From Tubiluchus corallicola (Eukaryota > Animalia > Priapulida): a stretch of DNA of 64,000 nt. The notes beneath the pieces are model-generated. The model saw nothing but the letters and a program-made list of their open reading frames with translations, ran no database searches and was not told the DNA's origin. The DNA is taken from assembly GCA_030141605.1 (NCBI GenBank), contig JAQGDQ010000025.1:416907-480906 (forward strand). The letters run 5' to 3'. Numbering within the stretch: position 1 is the stretch's first letter; each line of letters opens with the position of its first letter. Shown piece after piece: positions 1 through 11,723 of the stretch. The position numbers were made by a program, and so were the translations under genes.

Positions 1-1894
1 TAATAAAATTACTTAAAACCAAATCATTTAGTTCTTTCAGTTGTTCTAAAAAACCTAAAAAATTAATCAGGCGGCAGATTACACAAGCAATGTAATACAA
101 TGGTTAAGATCACAGCAAACACTTTGATCAATTCACACAAGCTGCATGACAGATCAATTTGAACAGATTTTTCATCTGCTTAATTTTTCTTCATATATCT
201 TTTGTTACAGACAAACAGAAATGAACACATGCTCTTGTTGTGGTCGCTCAAGCCATGGTCATGGCAAATTGCACATATATATATGCAAAAAAAGTACAGA
301 TGTTGTCGAAATAGAGAAAAATATTATAAAATAAAAAAATACTTTAAAATTTACATTCAAAAACATCTCATATTAGTGCTTCGTTATTACTTACAACAAA
401 GCAACCAGGCTTCAAGGATAAAATTGGTAATACTGAACAATTTCGTGACTATTCACACACACCCTTAATTGCCTGGTATTGGGGAGGTTTGCATTATTCA
501 TATTTTGATAATGTATATTGTTTATTATTATATCATCATGATAATTATTATTATAGTTTTGTTTACAACACAGCAAAACAAAAACTATATTTTTTCAGAA
601 ACAAACAAATGCAGTAGCAACATTGCATTGTTTTCTTCTTGGCCTTTTCCTTAAAACAATGCAAAAGAATTTGCAGGTAATCTACTCTACAATGTGTTGT
701 TTATAATGTGCATTGTCAACGATAAACAAAATAATACAATGTTTACTGCATAACACAGAAAGTGATAAAACTAACTACCCTGAAATGTGACTCAAAACAA
801 AATAAAGATAAAAATGTTTTAAATGTTAATATATTGTACATTTTTATTACATAACTACTAGTTATAAACTATAGTATTACATTGAAATGTGAAAACATTT
901 TTGACCTTTATTTTGTTTTGTTGCACTACGGCTAGTTTAAAGGCAACAATTTTTCCTCTACTGACTCAAGGATTAATGCTATTATATTAATCTAGATAAT
1001 GAAACTGCAAGAAAATGCCAAACAATCTCAGAATGTCTAAACACTTTCTCAGTTTGAGTAGTAGTTTACAAAATGACTACCGAATTACTGTAGATTTTCA
1101 GAAAGGAAAACGCGATGTGAATTACTGACATTCGAACAGTTTTGCAAATAACAGACAGCTAAAATCAAGTCTTCGAGCAGTTAAAAAAAACCCTTACTTA
1201 AAGTCTATGACCAAAAAACAATTTGCACAGAGCAGTTCGTATCTAAACACACACTCACTAAAACTTTGTAAATTGTGTGCACATTGGTGAGGAAATGAAA
1301 TTAAACATTACAAAAAAGCATGTATAACATGCTCAATACCAAGCAGCAATTGTACCAGCTGTTGATAAAATTAGATTAAAAAACCACAAAAGTTTTACAC
1401 GTACCTGACAATTGATCATAAGATAATTTAAAATGCATTCAACTCAAAGATTTACAAATATACGAACTGATGTGGCATCAAAATTCAAATTAGCAAGGAA
1501 GCTGCTACATAATATAACTGCTTGTTTGAGGGACTGTTTGGTTAGCTTATGTTTGTTCGGTTTTCTGCTTGGCCGATCCCTGCCTACGCTCAGCAAATGT
1601 GCTAGTCTTGCTATGGTGGATTTTAGAAACTAGTAACACTATTTTAATAAGTTATTTGTTCAAAAGAAAATACATGTCTGTGTGAAATTGCATTTCCTCC
1701 AAGGTGCATCATGTCTGCAGTTACACACTATGCTTACACTGCACACAAAATGTAACAAAAAAGGCCAACAGAACTCAGTAAATTGCATATTAATACCAAA
1801 TTTGAATCAAAAGCCAGTTTGCTCGCTAATTAGACACATCAATACTCGACATTGAATGCCCACGCAGAACTAAAATGCTTGTAACACTTGTTAA

Positions 1895-2229
1895 AGGTAA
1901 AATTCAGTAAAAAAACAAATTTTCTTTAAATAAAAGAATGGCCGTAAGCCGTAACTTAAAATCTGACACTAATTTTATTATATTTCACGGCGTCATTCCT
2001 TGGTTGTATTTCCCCCCAAACATTTCGGTTTCATGAAACTTCGGAAAATTGCAGGCTAAATAAATGTGCTACTTCTTCCGTACTTTCTTCGGAAATGACA
2101 GCTTCACACCCAATTTCTTCATATAATCAGAAAGAAAAAGTTAAAAGTATCAAAAAAATTTTAATTAGAGTATTTTCTTTCTATTTTTGTGTGAAACTGA
2201 AACTTCACAAAGTACGCTGTATTTGACCT
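1895..2229. mobile_element. Non-autonomous DNA transposon with TTAA target duplication (Kolobok-like)
   Basis: TTAA|AGGTAAAATTCAG ... CTGTATTTGACCT|TTAA; terminal inverted repeats match 11/13; AG...CT termini. Confidence 0.6.
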
Positions 2230-3992
2230 TTAAACAATGACAGTTTAAATTGAAATAGACCAAAAAATTGAAGCCTTATCTAATAGCTTTAAGCTCTTAC
2301 AAACAAATTGTTTTAGGAATGCTGTCCAACTTAAGCAAACAGCTTTAGTGATACAATCTGGTATGAATATGACACAAAATGATGAAAATTCTACTCATCT
2401 AAATTTAAACAGTAGTATAATGAATGTCTCTGCATCAAGTTAAACTTTGAGGCCAGAAGGTGGCATGCAGACAAAAGAAGTATACTACCTAACCATGCAC
2501 TGTCATGTTACAGCATATATTACATACCAAGGAGTTTTCCCAAACACCTCTGAGTACAACAATCTGGATGAAAAAGGGAAACATTGGAAAAAAGGTATAA
2601 ATATAGAAACCATGCAGTTGCTGATGCAATTCTGAAGCAAATATGGAGAACACCTGATGGTCATATTAAACAGGTTTTAAAAAGTAAACAGTTCATACAT
2701 AAACGTCAGGAAAAATGTTTAATACACAAACATCAAGAAATGCTTTAAAGCCAAGTGTTTTAGAAATAGCACAAAAAATGTAGCCAGATTACTATGAAAT
2801 GAAATTTAATTTATGGATAACTTATTTCAAAAAATTGTGTAGTTCAATAAATTGATGCAAAACAATCGAACATGATGTATTAAGTTTTGTGAATGTGGTG
2901 TTTTCTATATGACCTGCAATTGTTAAAATACAATAAGTACCATAAGTATCTTATCTTTTTACAATATCTGGGAGAAAAATAGCATCCTGACAATATCTAC
3001 GAAAACGCTAACCTAAAGCTTAATAAAGCTTTATAAATTTGCTGAAATCGTATTCGTGCAAATTGGTTTTAGCACGTTTAACATGTTTTTCGCATGATGC
3101 TACAAATCAATTTTAATTTTGTCAAAATGCACAAAAAGTACACTTGAAACTTTGAAGAAAAAATTATCAAAAATGCGCTAATGCACCAATTGCAGCAGTC
3201 GCCAACCACAATAATGTGATGGTAATAGAATAATAATGTTACTTAGAAATGCCACAATAAAAAGATTGGAAAGACATGATGATACAAGAAGAGTAGTGTA
3301 TGTAAATATTGTTTTTTGCAAGATAGCTGTTACATTGATGTTTATGGCAGCACTGGAATCTAGCCAAGTATCAAAATTAATACCTCAAGATGAGACACAG
3401 AACCAGCACAGGTGTCTTAGTCACATATGGATTAGCATACGTCTTCTCTTAACGAGGTAAATAACCGGAAACTGTATGGCAGGCAAAGCCATCAAAAACC
3501 ACCATTCCAGTTCTTGCTCATCCATTTACTGGCCAAACTTGTTGTTACTTAACTTTAACTGGTATGCAAATGCACATCTTTTCAATTTCTTTACAGTGGG
3601 AATTTTCTGTCTAATCGTTGTTTTAAGACGCGACAGTTTATCTGTTTAAAAACATTGGTAGCAAAATTTAAAAACTGTTTTATTTTAAATTTGGTTTGAG
3701 ATATATTACATACATTTATATATCCTAAATTAGTAAAGCACCTACATTAATAAGAGTTTTTAATCACAGATGTATTATTTTTTAAAGTCATCCAGAGAAA
3801 TGCAACGATCCTACAGTGGGAAGATAATCTTTTAGATTAAACAGTTTAGTCACACTGATTCCCTGGATGGCATCCCGTTATTCCCTAATGCACATACCAT
3901 GCAGTAATATATATGAAGAAACAATAGTGGATTTAGACGTGCTTCATGGGTTACAACACAGCTGCAAAAAACTCATCTGATGGTGGGATTAC

Positions 3993-4103
3993 CTTCTTGT
4001 TGATTGCCGTGATGATGTGATGACGACACCGGCATTAGTGGGAGGGGCCGGAGCAGGAGGTGATCCATCTCGTCCCGCGGCAAAGCTCGACCTCGGTGTC
4101 ACG
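3993..4103 (-). CDS. RasGRF: RasGRF coding exon 20 (last exon visible)
   Basis: VTPRSSFAAGRDGSPPAPAPPTNAGVVITSSRQSTR; attcag| ... AAG|gtaatc; GC-rich against AT-rich flanks; 111 nt. Confidence 0.82.
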
Positions 4104-4863
4104 CTGAATTGCGAATCGTTGGTTTCGGACGCCCGTTTTTGAGCTGTTGAGCAAAAATAAGTTGAAAAAGCATCGCATAATTATAGTCTCAATTTCGAAA
4201 CTCTCAATTAAAAAATCAAATATCCTTCCAAAATTGAGTAAATTTTTGAAACGAAATTTAGACAAAAAGAAAGTTAAAAGCAGACTTGTCATAATTTCTA
4301 AATAATTAATAAAAAAAATAAATACATTGATTTAAAACCAATAAACCCATTTATGTTTTAAACTGCCAAAAAATATTTTATTATAAAATTTATTAAACTT
4401 TATATTAGTGAGTTGCTTCCGATACATATGCAATGTGTGCTAAAAATAGCTATTGAAAATCTGAATTGAGTGACTTGCAAAAAATGTATCGTTTGTTTAC
4501 AACAGTGGCAAAACTACTTTGTAACCTATCCTTTGTAAGTGCTAAGTTGTGATGTAATCATAAACAGATTTATCGTAGTAGCTAGAAAAGGATGGTCACC
4601 ATAGCCACCTTTACGTGCATACATCCTCCCTTGAGGAGATAAAGAAACGAAGACAGATGATACTGTCCAGAAGTAGGACCAGGTCGACCAAGTAAAGTAG
4701 GTGACGCATTGCATCATTGCATAACATAGCTTTCTGAGCTCTGTGGTCACCATGTAATGTGACTATGATTCAGCCTAATGCATTACGTTGTTTTAATACA
4801 CAAATTTATCATTCTTCCACACCATGAGTTAAGAATTAAAGTAATGATGCAGTAATGGACTAC

Positions 4864-5192
4864 CCACCAGCTCTTCCTTTGACGATATTGATAAGTGTAG
4901 GTGCTGAGTAGCTGTAACTGATCGGAGTTGGCAACGCTTTCCGCAGTCCGCTATCCAGTGACACCGGCAGATGAAGGAGTCCCACTTTTTTGCCAGGGTC
5001 TCTCATTGATGGACTGCTCTTACGCTTTGGTCGTTTAGCTAGCTCGGATGCTGGCAGGAATTTGATGCTCGCTGGATCAGACTGCATGAGGGACATGCTT
5101 TTCCGCTTCAAGAGAATCTCTGGTGTAGACGGGAGGCTTTGTGGTCCAACTATATTAGTTGCCAATGCAAAAAGCTCACGCTCTTCCAGTGC
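4864..5192 (-). CDS. RasGRF: RasGRF coding exon 19 (Ser/Pro-rich insert)
   Basis: ALEERELFALATNIVGPQSLPSTPE...INIVKGRAG; tttctag| ... TGG|gtagtc (donor chosen by the phase of exon 20); 329 nt. Confidence 0.8.
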
Positions 5193-5826
5193 CTAGAAAC
5201 AGACAATTCAGCTATAGATGTTTTAAAAATGTATGCAAAAAATTGTGTATCTACCCTAACAGTATCAATCTACAGCGTAAAATTAATTAACATAATAAAA
5301 ATTTACTTCCTCACTGTTATAGCTTGCTGACATTTGTGGATAAAACAGATCGAGGCTATTGAGACGCCACCCATGACACTATATGAGTAATCTCAATAAA
5401 ATTAAGTGAATGTACGTAAACAAATACCAAAAAATATTTGATGGTGATGATTAAATGAATAAAAGATGTCTAGATAAGTATCATCAAACTTTCTATAAAC
5501 TGAATGCAAATAACACATGAAAAAAAACTTGATAAAACTCTCAATAAGCACAACAATATACTAGAAGTTGGTAGATTAGTAAAATACGAAATACCCAAAC
5601 AGAAGATAACATAAACTAGATGTAAACTACTCAATACCTGTATAGACATTGCAGTCAAACTCAGTTCAAACTGAAAGAAATTGCCTAAAAGCAATGCAAA
5701 ACTTAAAGTAAGCTGTACATTTGGTGGCACGATAATGCATAGTAAATTGCACATTGCAGAAACTGAACAGAGGACATATAGATTAACATTGAGATTGAAT
5801 AATAATAAATATAAACTGTATAATAC

Positions 5827-5957
5827 CTGAGTAGGAGACGACGGTAAACTGAACGTAAACTGCTTTGTCAAAAGTGTCGGAGACGATGGTTGACTACGAA
5901 CTTCAACAGGTGGAGAAGACTTTTCCGACTGCTGACCAGCAGAACTGGCTCGAGATC
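5827..5957 (-). CDS. RasGRF: RasGRF coding exon 18 (Ser/Pro-rich insert)
   Basis: SRASSAGQQSEKSSPPVEVRSQPSSPTLLTKQFTFSLPSSPTQ; acceptor gttttaag|, donor CAG|gtatta; 131 nt. Confidence 0.8.
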
Positions 5958-6147
5958 CTTAAAACACAACAGCATGCAAAAAGTTGACAGGCCAAGAGAT
6001 ATGTTAAGATCCATTCAGTTTAGTCTAGATAACTTTCTAATAAAATTTGGTTTAAAATAAAAGCAAAGTTTACGTCATATTGGTTCTGATAAATACATAA
6101 AATCTGCACTAATTTATTTAGAAGAAAAATGTAAATCAAAATCAAAC

Positions 6148-6405
6148 CTTGTCCAACTAGCGTGTCATTACTGACATTTGTCGACTTGACGCTACGGGTC
6201 GGGGTCCCTGGTCCACTGCTAGCATTAATAAGTGACTCCGAAGATCCAGGAAGAGAAGTTTGGGGAACGGACAGAATGTTGGCATTCATTTGTGCGGAAG
6301 CTAAATGTGTTTCAAATGATTTATTCTCAACTTCCCGCGGGGAGGGAATGGGAGACAGACGCTCTGTGATTTTCTTCAAGCCAGACTCCTCTTGACCCAA
6401 TTCAA
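6148..6405 (-). CDS. RasGRF: RasGRF coding exon 17 (Ser/Pro-rich insert)
   Basis: ELGQEESGLKKITERLSPIPSPRE...NDTLVGQ; ttttttag| ... AAG|gtttga; 258 nt. Confidence 0.85.
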
Positions 6406-6603
6406 CTAAAAAAATAAAAAAATAAAATTAAACTTACCACTAAAAGGTGACAAAGATGTGAAGGTAACAGAATGTATTAAAAAAACACAAGAATCGTTGT
6501 GGCAGTTCATAAATTTGATAGCAAAAAAAACGTTTAACATTTTTTTAATTTATTTAATATTTGAAAAATAATGTTAACATTTAATTGGTCCTAAACAACT
6601 TAC

Positions 6604-6803
6604 ATTTTCTAAAACTTCGTCTCCAATGTTGACTTGGCGGGAAGTCTACACTAATGTCTGTACCAGTGCTGGTTGTACTACATGAACTAACGCGTCTGCT
6701 GAATGACTTGTCCACCAACATGGAACCTCCAGAGAATGAATGTCTCAGCTCAGAGGGGCTGATAGTGAATTCGACAAATGGACCGGAAGACTCTTGTGAG
6801 CCG
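6604..6803 (-). CDS. RasGRF: RasGRF coding exon 16 (Ser-rich insert)
   Basis: GSQESSGPFVEF...SRRVSS...QHWRRSFRK; tctacag| ... AAT|gtaagt; 200 nt, phases fit both neighbours. Confidence 0.85.
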
Positions 6804-6973
6804 CTGTAGAAATTAAACAGCTTAAAGTTACAAAACAAATGACAACAAGAACTGCATCAGATGCAAAATTTATCAGAAGCAGAATTACTGAAGTAGAGGA
6901 TACAAATCTAAATACATTTATGTAGTGTAAAAGTTCAGGTGGATTGCACTTTTTCTGATTTATTATAGTGCTT

Positions 6974-7162
6974 GGGTCTGTTTCACAAAGGTCTTGTTAA
7001 AACATAGCAAAACACTTTACTAAATTTAACTAACTACCTGCTCAGGACACATACTAGTTATCTCCAATTTAACAAGATTGCTAAAATAGTGAGATCTTTT
7101 TAACATACTTCACCGCTTTAACAAACTTGCTAAATTCAACGAGATTTTTGTGAAATGGTCCC
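6974..7162. mobile_element. Degenerate MITE (PIF/Harbinger-like termini)
   Basis: Imperfect TIRs GGGTCTGTTTCACAAAGGTCTTGTT versus reverse complement GGGACCATTTCACAAAAATCTCGTT; internal AACTT/AAATTT repeats. Confidence 0.55.
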
Positions 7163-8227
7163 TGGTCACTATGATTGTCAGAAAAATAACTTTTTGGTTA
7201 CAAGTTGCACAGTTGTTTGCCTTCTTGAGAAATGAATGAGGCTGAAACGCCCACATTCACTGCCTCTTATTATAAATGATTAGTTTTAATAATAAATTGA
7301 CAATAAGTAGGATTCTGATACAGCCATCATGTTAAGTAGGTCTTGTCATTGAGCACTAATTCCAGTCTGCAGAGTACAAAAATGTACTAAAAAATTACAG
7401 ATGCAGACTTATAAACAACAAACAAACACTAGTTTCTCTGTGCCTGCTGCCTTTTCTGTTTTTCTTACAGTTTCCCCAATGCACTGTGCAACTATAAAAT
7501 TTTCGGTTCCATCTGTCTGCCCGACTGTTTGTCTATCACTACTTTTTGCAGCTTGGCGTAATCAAAGAAGTTGATACTTGGCAAATGAATAGGGTGAGTC
7601 AAACTCGAAGTCTGTAAATTTTTGGGTATGTCTTTTCTGTTTGGGTATGACTTTCTTAAGATTCACTAATAGCAACTCATGTTGCAATCTACTTACACAG
7701 CCAAAGGAATTCTGACTCATTAGCAAGGTATCAGATGACAACAATCAGTAACACATGTTTAATGCAAAAACAGTTAAAGTACCTCGACGATGTGAGCTGT
7801 GTTTTTTACAGATATTCAAAGTAGTAAGTGAAAATAGCATTTCAGTACTTTCCAAAATTTCCTGAAGGGCACATATGTGCCCCTTTACTGAGTGCACCCT
7901 AGTTTACTATAAAATTGATATCTTTCTGTTGTAGTTACTGCAAAATTGCACTCTGTCATTGTCTAAATGCATGCAATTTGTGTATAGTTCCACAAAAAAT
8001 GCATAACTGCTTCAAAAATTTAGCCTGCACATCTACACCATATTAAATGGGAAATTTTGATCTTCTTGTGACATCCCCGGCTCATAGCCCACGGATCCAA
8101 TGTTCATAAAAGGAAGCAAAAAAAAGTTTTAATAAAATGAAGTTAGCAATCAAATGGAGATTCAAACTGTAATGTTAATTTAATAGACCAATTAGCATAC
8201 TTCATCTTAGTATACTTCACTTCATAC

Positions 8228-8424
8228 CTGCTAAACAGTGTAGCGGTTGATCCTTCTATAGCTACAGCTTCCGGGTTACGGTAGACTTTCATTAGTGCTT
8301 CTAAGACTGTTATACCAGTGGTGAAAACCCGATACGTGAGCAAAAACGTGTTTAGAAAGTCAACACTCAAAAATCGCACATCGGTAAGTCTTTCTAATAA
8401 TCGCGCCACCGAGGCATATCGAAT
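8228..8424 (-). CDS. RasGRF: RasGRF coding exon 15 (REM / RasGEF-N)
   Basis: IRYASVARLLERLTDVRFLSVDFLNTFLLTYRVFTTG; gttcag| ... CAG|gtatga; 197 nt. Confidence 0.95.
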
Positions 8425-8921
8425 CTGAACAACAAATAGTATGTTTAATGTATTTATGCTGATGCAATGTCAGCACTCACATATTTTACTATTCTCTATC
8501 CAGTATAAGCTTTTGGCATTTGGCATTTGAGACACTTAACAACAAAAAAGCAAGTTCTGCCAAAGTGGTCCCATACTTGCAAAATGTTACATCTATGTTA
8601 TTATTAACATACCAGTGACAACCTACAAAACTTGCAGCTTAAAACTAAGGAAATGACATAACATTATTTTAAAATATATGACACTCTAGGCGATTTTTCG
8701 TGTAATGTTGGCCGACTGAATTGTTGGTGGTTGACTTGAATAGACACATTAGACCACTTTAGCAGTGATACCGCTTAGTGATTTAAATCAGCTACGAAAA
8801 TCACCTGGCATGCCACACTACCTTAAGTAACAACATTTCATGACATTTCATATATTTAATAGTTTTGGATTATTTGCTCAACTATACACCAAGAATACAA
8901 CGCATTGCTGAAAAGAAATTA

Positions 8922-9894
8922 CATTAGCCGCTGCTTAATGGACTCACTGTGGGACCAAAGTGTTTTGACCCAATTAACTGACTGAACCTATTAACGATGA
9001 GTGCGGTATTGCTGGTATAGAAGTATGAGTCATCAGCTTATTATGCATTGCAAAAGTTTTTAATGAATTTTAGAAACGAAGTAATGCCTAAATTCCTTTG
9101 AGCAGTTAAAAATTAGAAAAAAATATTTTAAAATATCAATTTATATAAGCAATAAATTAAAAAGTATGCTTTTCTAAATCACACTAGTCTGTCTATTTGC
9201 AAAAATTACTTCAAAGTCAGCTGCTTCATTTCATCGCGAAGACGTTGGCTCACAAAGTTCTCATAATGATAAAACGTTGAAAATCTGTTGATGTATGGCG
9301 CACAATTTTTCGTAAAATACATAGTGCTTGGTGTGCTTAAGCTGTTGGTGGTGCCTGTGTTTCCTTGCAGCTTTGTCAGTAGTTCCATCTAAGATCCCGC
9401 TTGCTATCGTGACATACTGCACTGTACCTGTACCTGTGTCTCTAGCATAACAGCAGCAACTAACTGATTTAATTTTCTGGCAAAGACAACCAGAGCTTCA
9501 AAAGCAAACCACTAAGCAAGTGATTAAATGTTTATCTTCCAGAAATTCTTGGGTAACGAGGTTAATTGCAGTGGTCGGAGAGGTCAAAGCAAGCCTTTAG
9601 GCTAGTATATTAGCGTATGATAAACGTTTTTGCTTATAAACAAAACGGTACTTAACATGATTGTTTCTATATATATTATAGGACAAAAGCGAACTAAGAT
9701 GATATAAAAGTCATAAAAGCTTATTAGTCACAGGAAAGTGTCTTATTGAACCACGTGAAGCCAAAATATTGAGTCTATTATGCGGGGTTATTTGAGTCAA
9801 TTACCGACAGTTTTTATGTACATTTGAATAGAAGCGGCCTGTATCAGGTGTTTTTGAGTCTATTAACCATGAGACTATTAAGCAGCGCCTACTG
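8922..9894 (-). mobile_element. Internally deleted pogo/Tigger-like (Tc1/mariner superfamily) element
   Basis: TA|CATTAGCCGCTGCTTAATGGACTC ... GAGACTATTAAGCAGCGCCTACTG|TA; subterminal GAGTCTATTA repeats; remnant peptide ending MKQLTLK* resembles pogo transposase C-termini. Confidence 0.6.
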
Positions 9895-9974
9895 TACTGC
9901 AAAACTGAGAAAAATGAAGAAAAGTTTACGACATGTCGAAAATGTAAAAGTTAACAAAAGCTTATATGACACAC

Positions 9975-10136
9975 CTGTGGTAATTTACAAGAACTCATTG
10001 ATTTGCTGAAATGAATATCTACATCATCTTTGAATAATCGGGGATCACAGCGAACTGAATATGGAGTGGTTGTTGTAGAACTCGTGTCGCTCACAGAACT
10101 GGCAAGAAGATCATTGTACATCAAGTTCTCAATACA
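9975..10136 (-). CDS. RasGRF: RasGRF coding exon 14 (linker to REM)
   Basis: CIENLMYNDLLASSVSD...VRCDPRLFKDDVDIHFSKSMSSCKLPQ; tttcag| ... CAG|gtgtgt; 162 nt. Confidence 0.93.
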
Positions 10137-10674
10137 CTGAAAGGCACGAAACTTTGCGAGTTCATGGCAATAACTATAATTTTATTTACTCTGTTATACT
10201 TACGAAAAATATTAATTTGGTTCTATTTCAAATAGATTAAAAATTGCCTGCAAAATGTGCATGAAAAATAAAGATTTTTAATGGAGAAAACAATTTTAGT
10301 TACCCACTATGCCAATTATTTTATAAAGTTACAAAAGCAGCATATCTCATTTATGTATTTAAAGACATTTCATGACAGTCGAAAAAACTTCTCGCCCCAA
10401 AAATTTTGTTAACAGTTGCTGTCAACGATTTTGCTATTTCTGAGTATTATTGGGGTTAGCAATATGTGAAGAATTGATAATGTTACCAAAAAAAGCTGTA
10501 GCTGGCCATCATAAAACATCTCACAAACACAGCTGTGTCAAAACCTTTCAAGTGTTTTAGCAGTTATAAAATGCTTATAAAATCACTTTAAACTGAACAT
10601 TTGATAACAGACGGCAGCTCTAAATCACACCAAACCAAAAAGACATTAAGCATCTGCATTCGTCTTGCACAAAC

Positions 10675-10859
10675 CTGGCCAATATCACTGATCCATGCAG
10701 ATTTTTCTAGCAGATTTGACGCTGCAAATGTGATGTGGAGTGGAGGCCCATTCTTCGAATCCACAATGAGTTTAAAATCCAGGCCATTGTAATCGACCTT
10801 ATCACTTTGGTGAGCAGACAATGTAGTTAATGAGCTGACTTGCGAGGCCAATGAAACTG
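10675..10859 (-). CDS. RasGRF: RasGRF coding exon 13 (PH2 end)
   Basis: VSLASQVSSL...YNGLDFKLIVDSKNGPPLHITFAASNLLEKSAWISDIGQ; tandem acceptor ttttag|CAG|, donor CAG|gtttgt; 185 nt (or 182). Confidence 0.92.
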
Positions 10860-11644
10860 CTAAAACATTAAATAAAATAATTTAATATTGGGAACCCAAA
10901 ACAAAATATGATTTATGAACATCAAAAATGCAAAAAAAATTTCCAAACAAAAAAACGCTTTGCGTTTCTATTAGAAAACAGTTTGTGAACACGCGTGCAT
11001 AAATGATGTCATAACCAGATGTACAGCGAGCAATGCTGCAGTATTCAAATAAACACTTTTAGGTATGCTAAGGACTTTCCCCCCACAACTAGCACATTTT
11101 TGATTCAAAACAATGTTCATACGCTTCAGCAATATGATATTATAATGAGCCTAGAAAAAATTGTAGTTAATTAACAATGAGGCCTGAAAGGGTAGTTGGC
11201 ACAGGGTAAAAGTATACTTGAGCACAGGCTCCAAGAACAAGGCCAGAAAAACATATTAATCAGCTTGGCTTCTTTTGCTGATATAAACCTCTCCTTATAT
11301 AAGCTTCTGTTATCTTATTCGCTGCTAATTTCCTTACTGTTCACAACCATTACCTAATGCTGGTAGTCATAGAACACGTGATGGATACTGAAACAGGCCT
11401 AGCTGGAATTTAATTTCTGAAGTCGATGCTGAAATGCTTTCAACTTAGGAGAGACTAAGTATCTGTAAACAGCAAAGCATGCAACACTTCATTACTGCTA
11501 GCAGCACAGACAATCGCAAGAAACTGCATCGAATTTTACTACACATTTTGGTAATATTCTACACGTAATATCTTATAAAACAATGGTTTAAAATGCAAAC
11601 ATTTTATGCGACAGCATAATTTATTTCCTAGGCTTTTAACTTAC

Positions 11645-11723
11645 TCTCATCATCCGCAGAAGCCGGTACCTCTGTGGCGTCCTCTACGAGAGTCGCATCT
11701 ACCAGGGGGATCTTTCCACCCAG
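11645..11723 (-). CDS. RasGRF: RasGRF coding exon 12 (PH2)
   Basis: LGGKIPLVDATLVEDATEVPASADDE; ttgcag| ... AGA|gtaagt; 79 nt. Confidence 0.9.

Noticed and set aside
1-3992. Further RasGRF exons (CDC25 domain)
   Set aside because: No phase-2 exon with credible splice sites or RasGEF-like peptide found; the intron most likely runs off the window
4990-6395. Plus-strand ORFs 4990-5196 and 6162-6395 (also 10601-10792)
   Set aside because: Antisense shadows of GC-richer RasGRF exons; no independent splice or homology evidence
7783-7796. Possible 14-nt microexon (cag|CTCACATCGTCGAG|gtactt) between exons 15 and 16
   Set aside because: No pyrimidine tract, weak donor, breaks frame; exons 15 and 16 already join in phase
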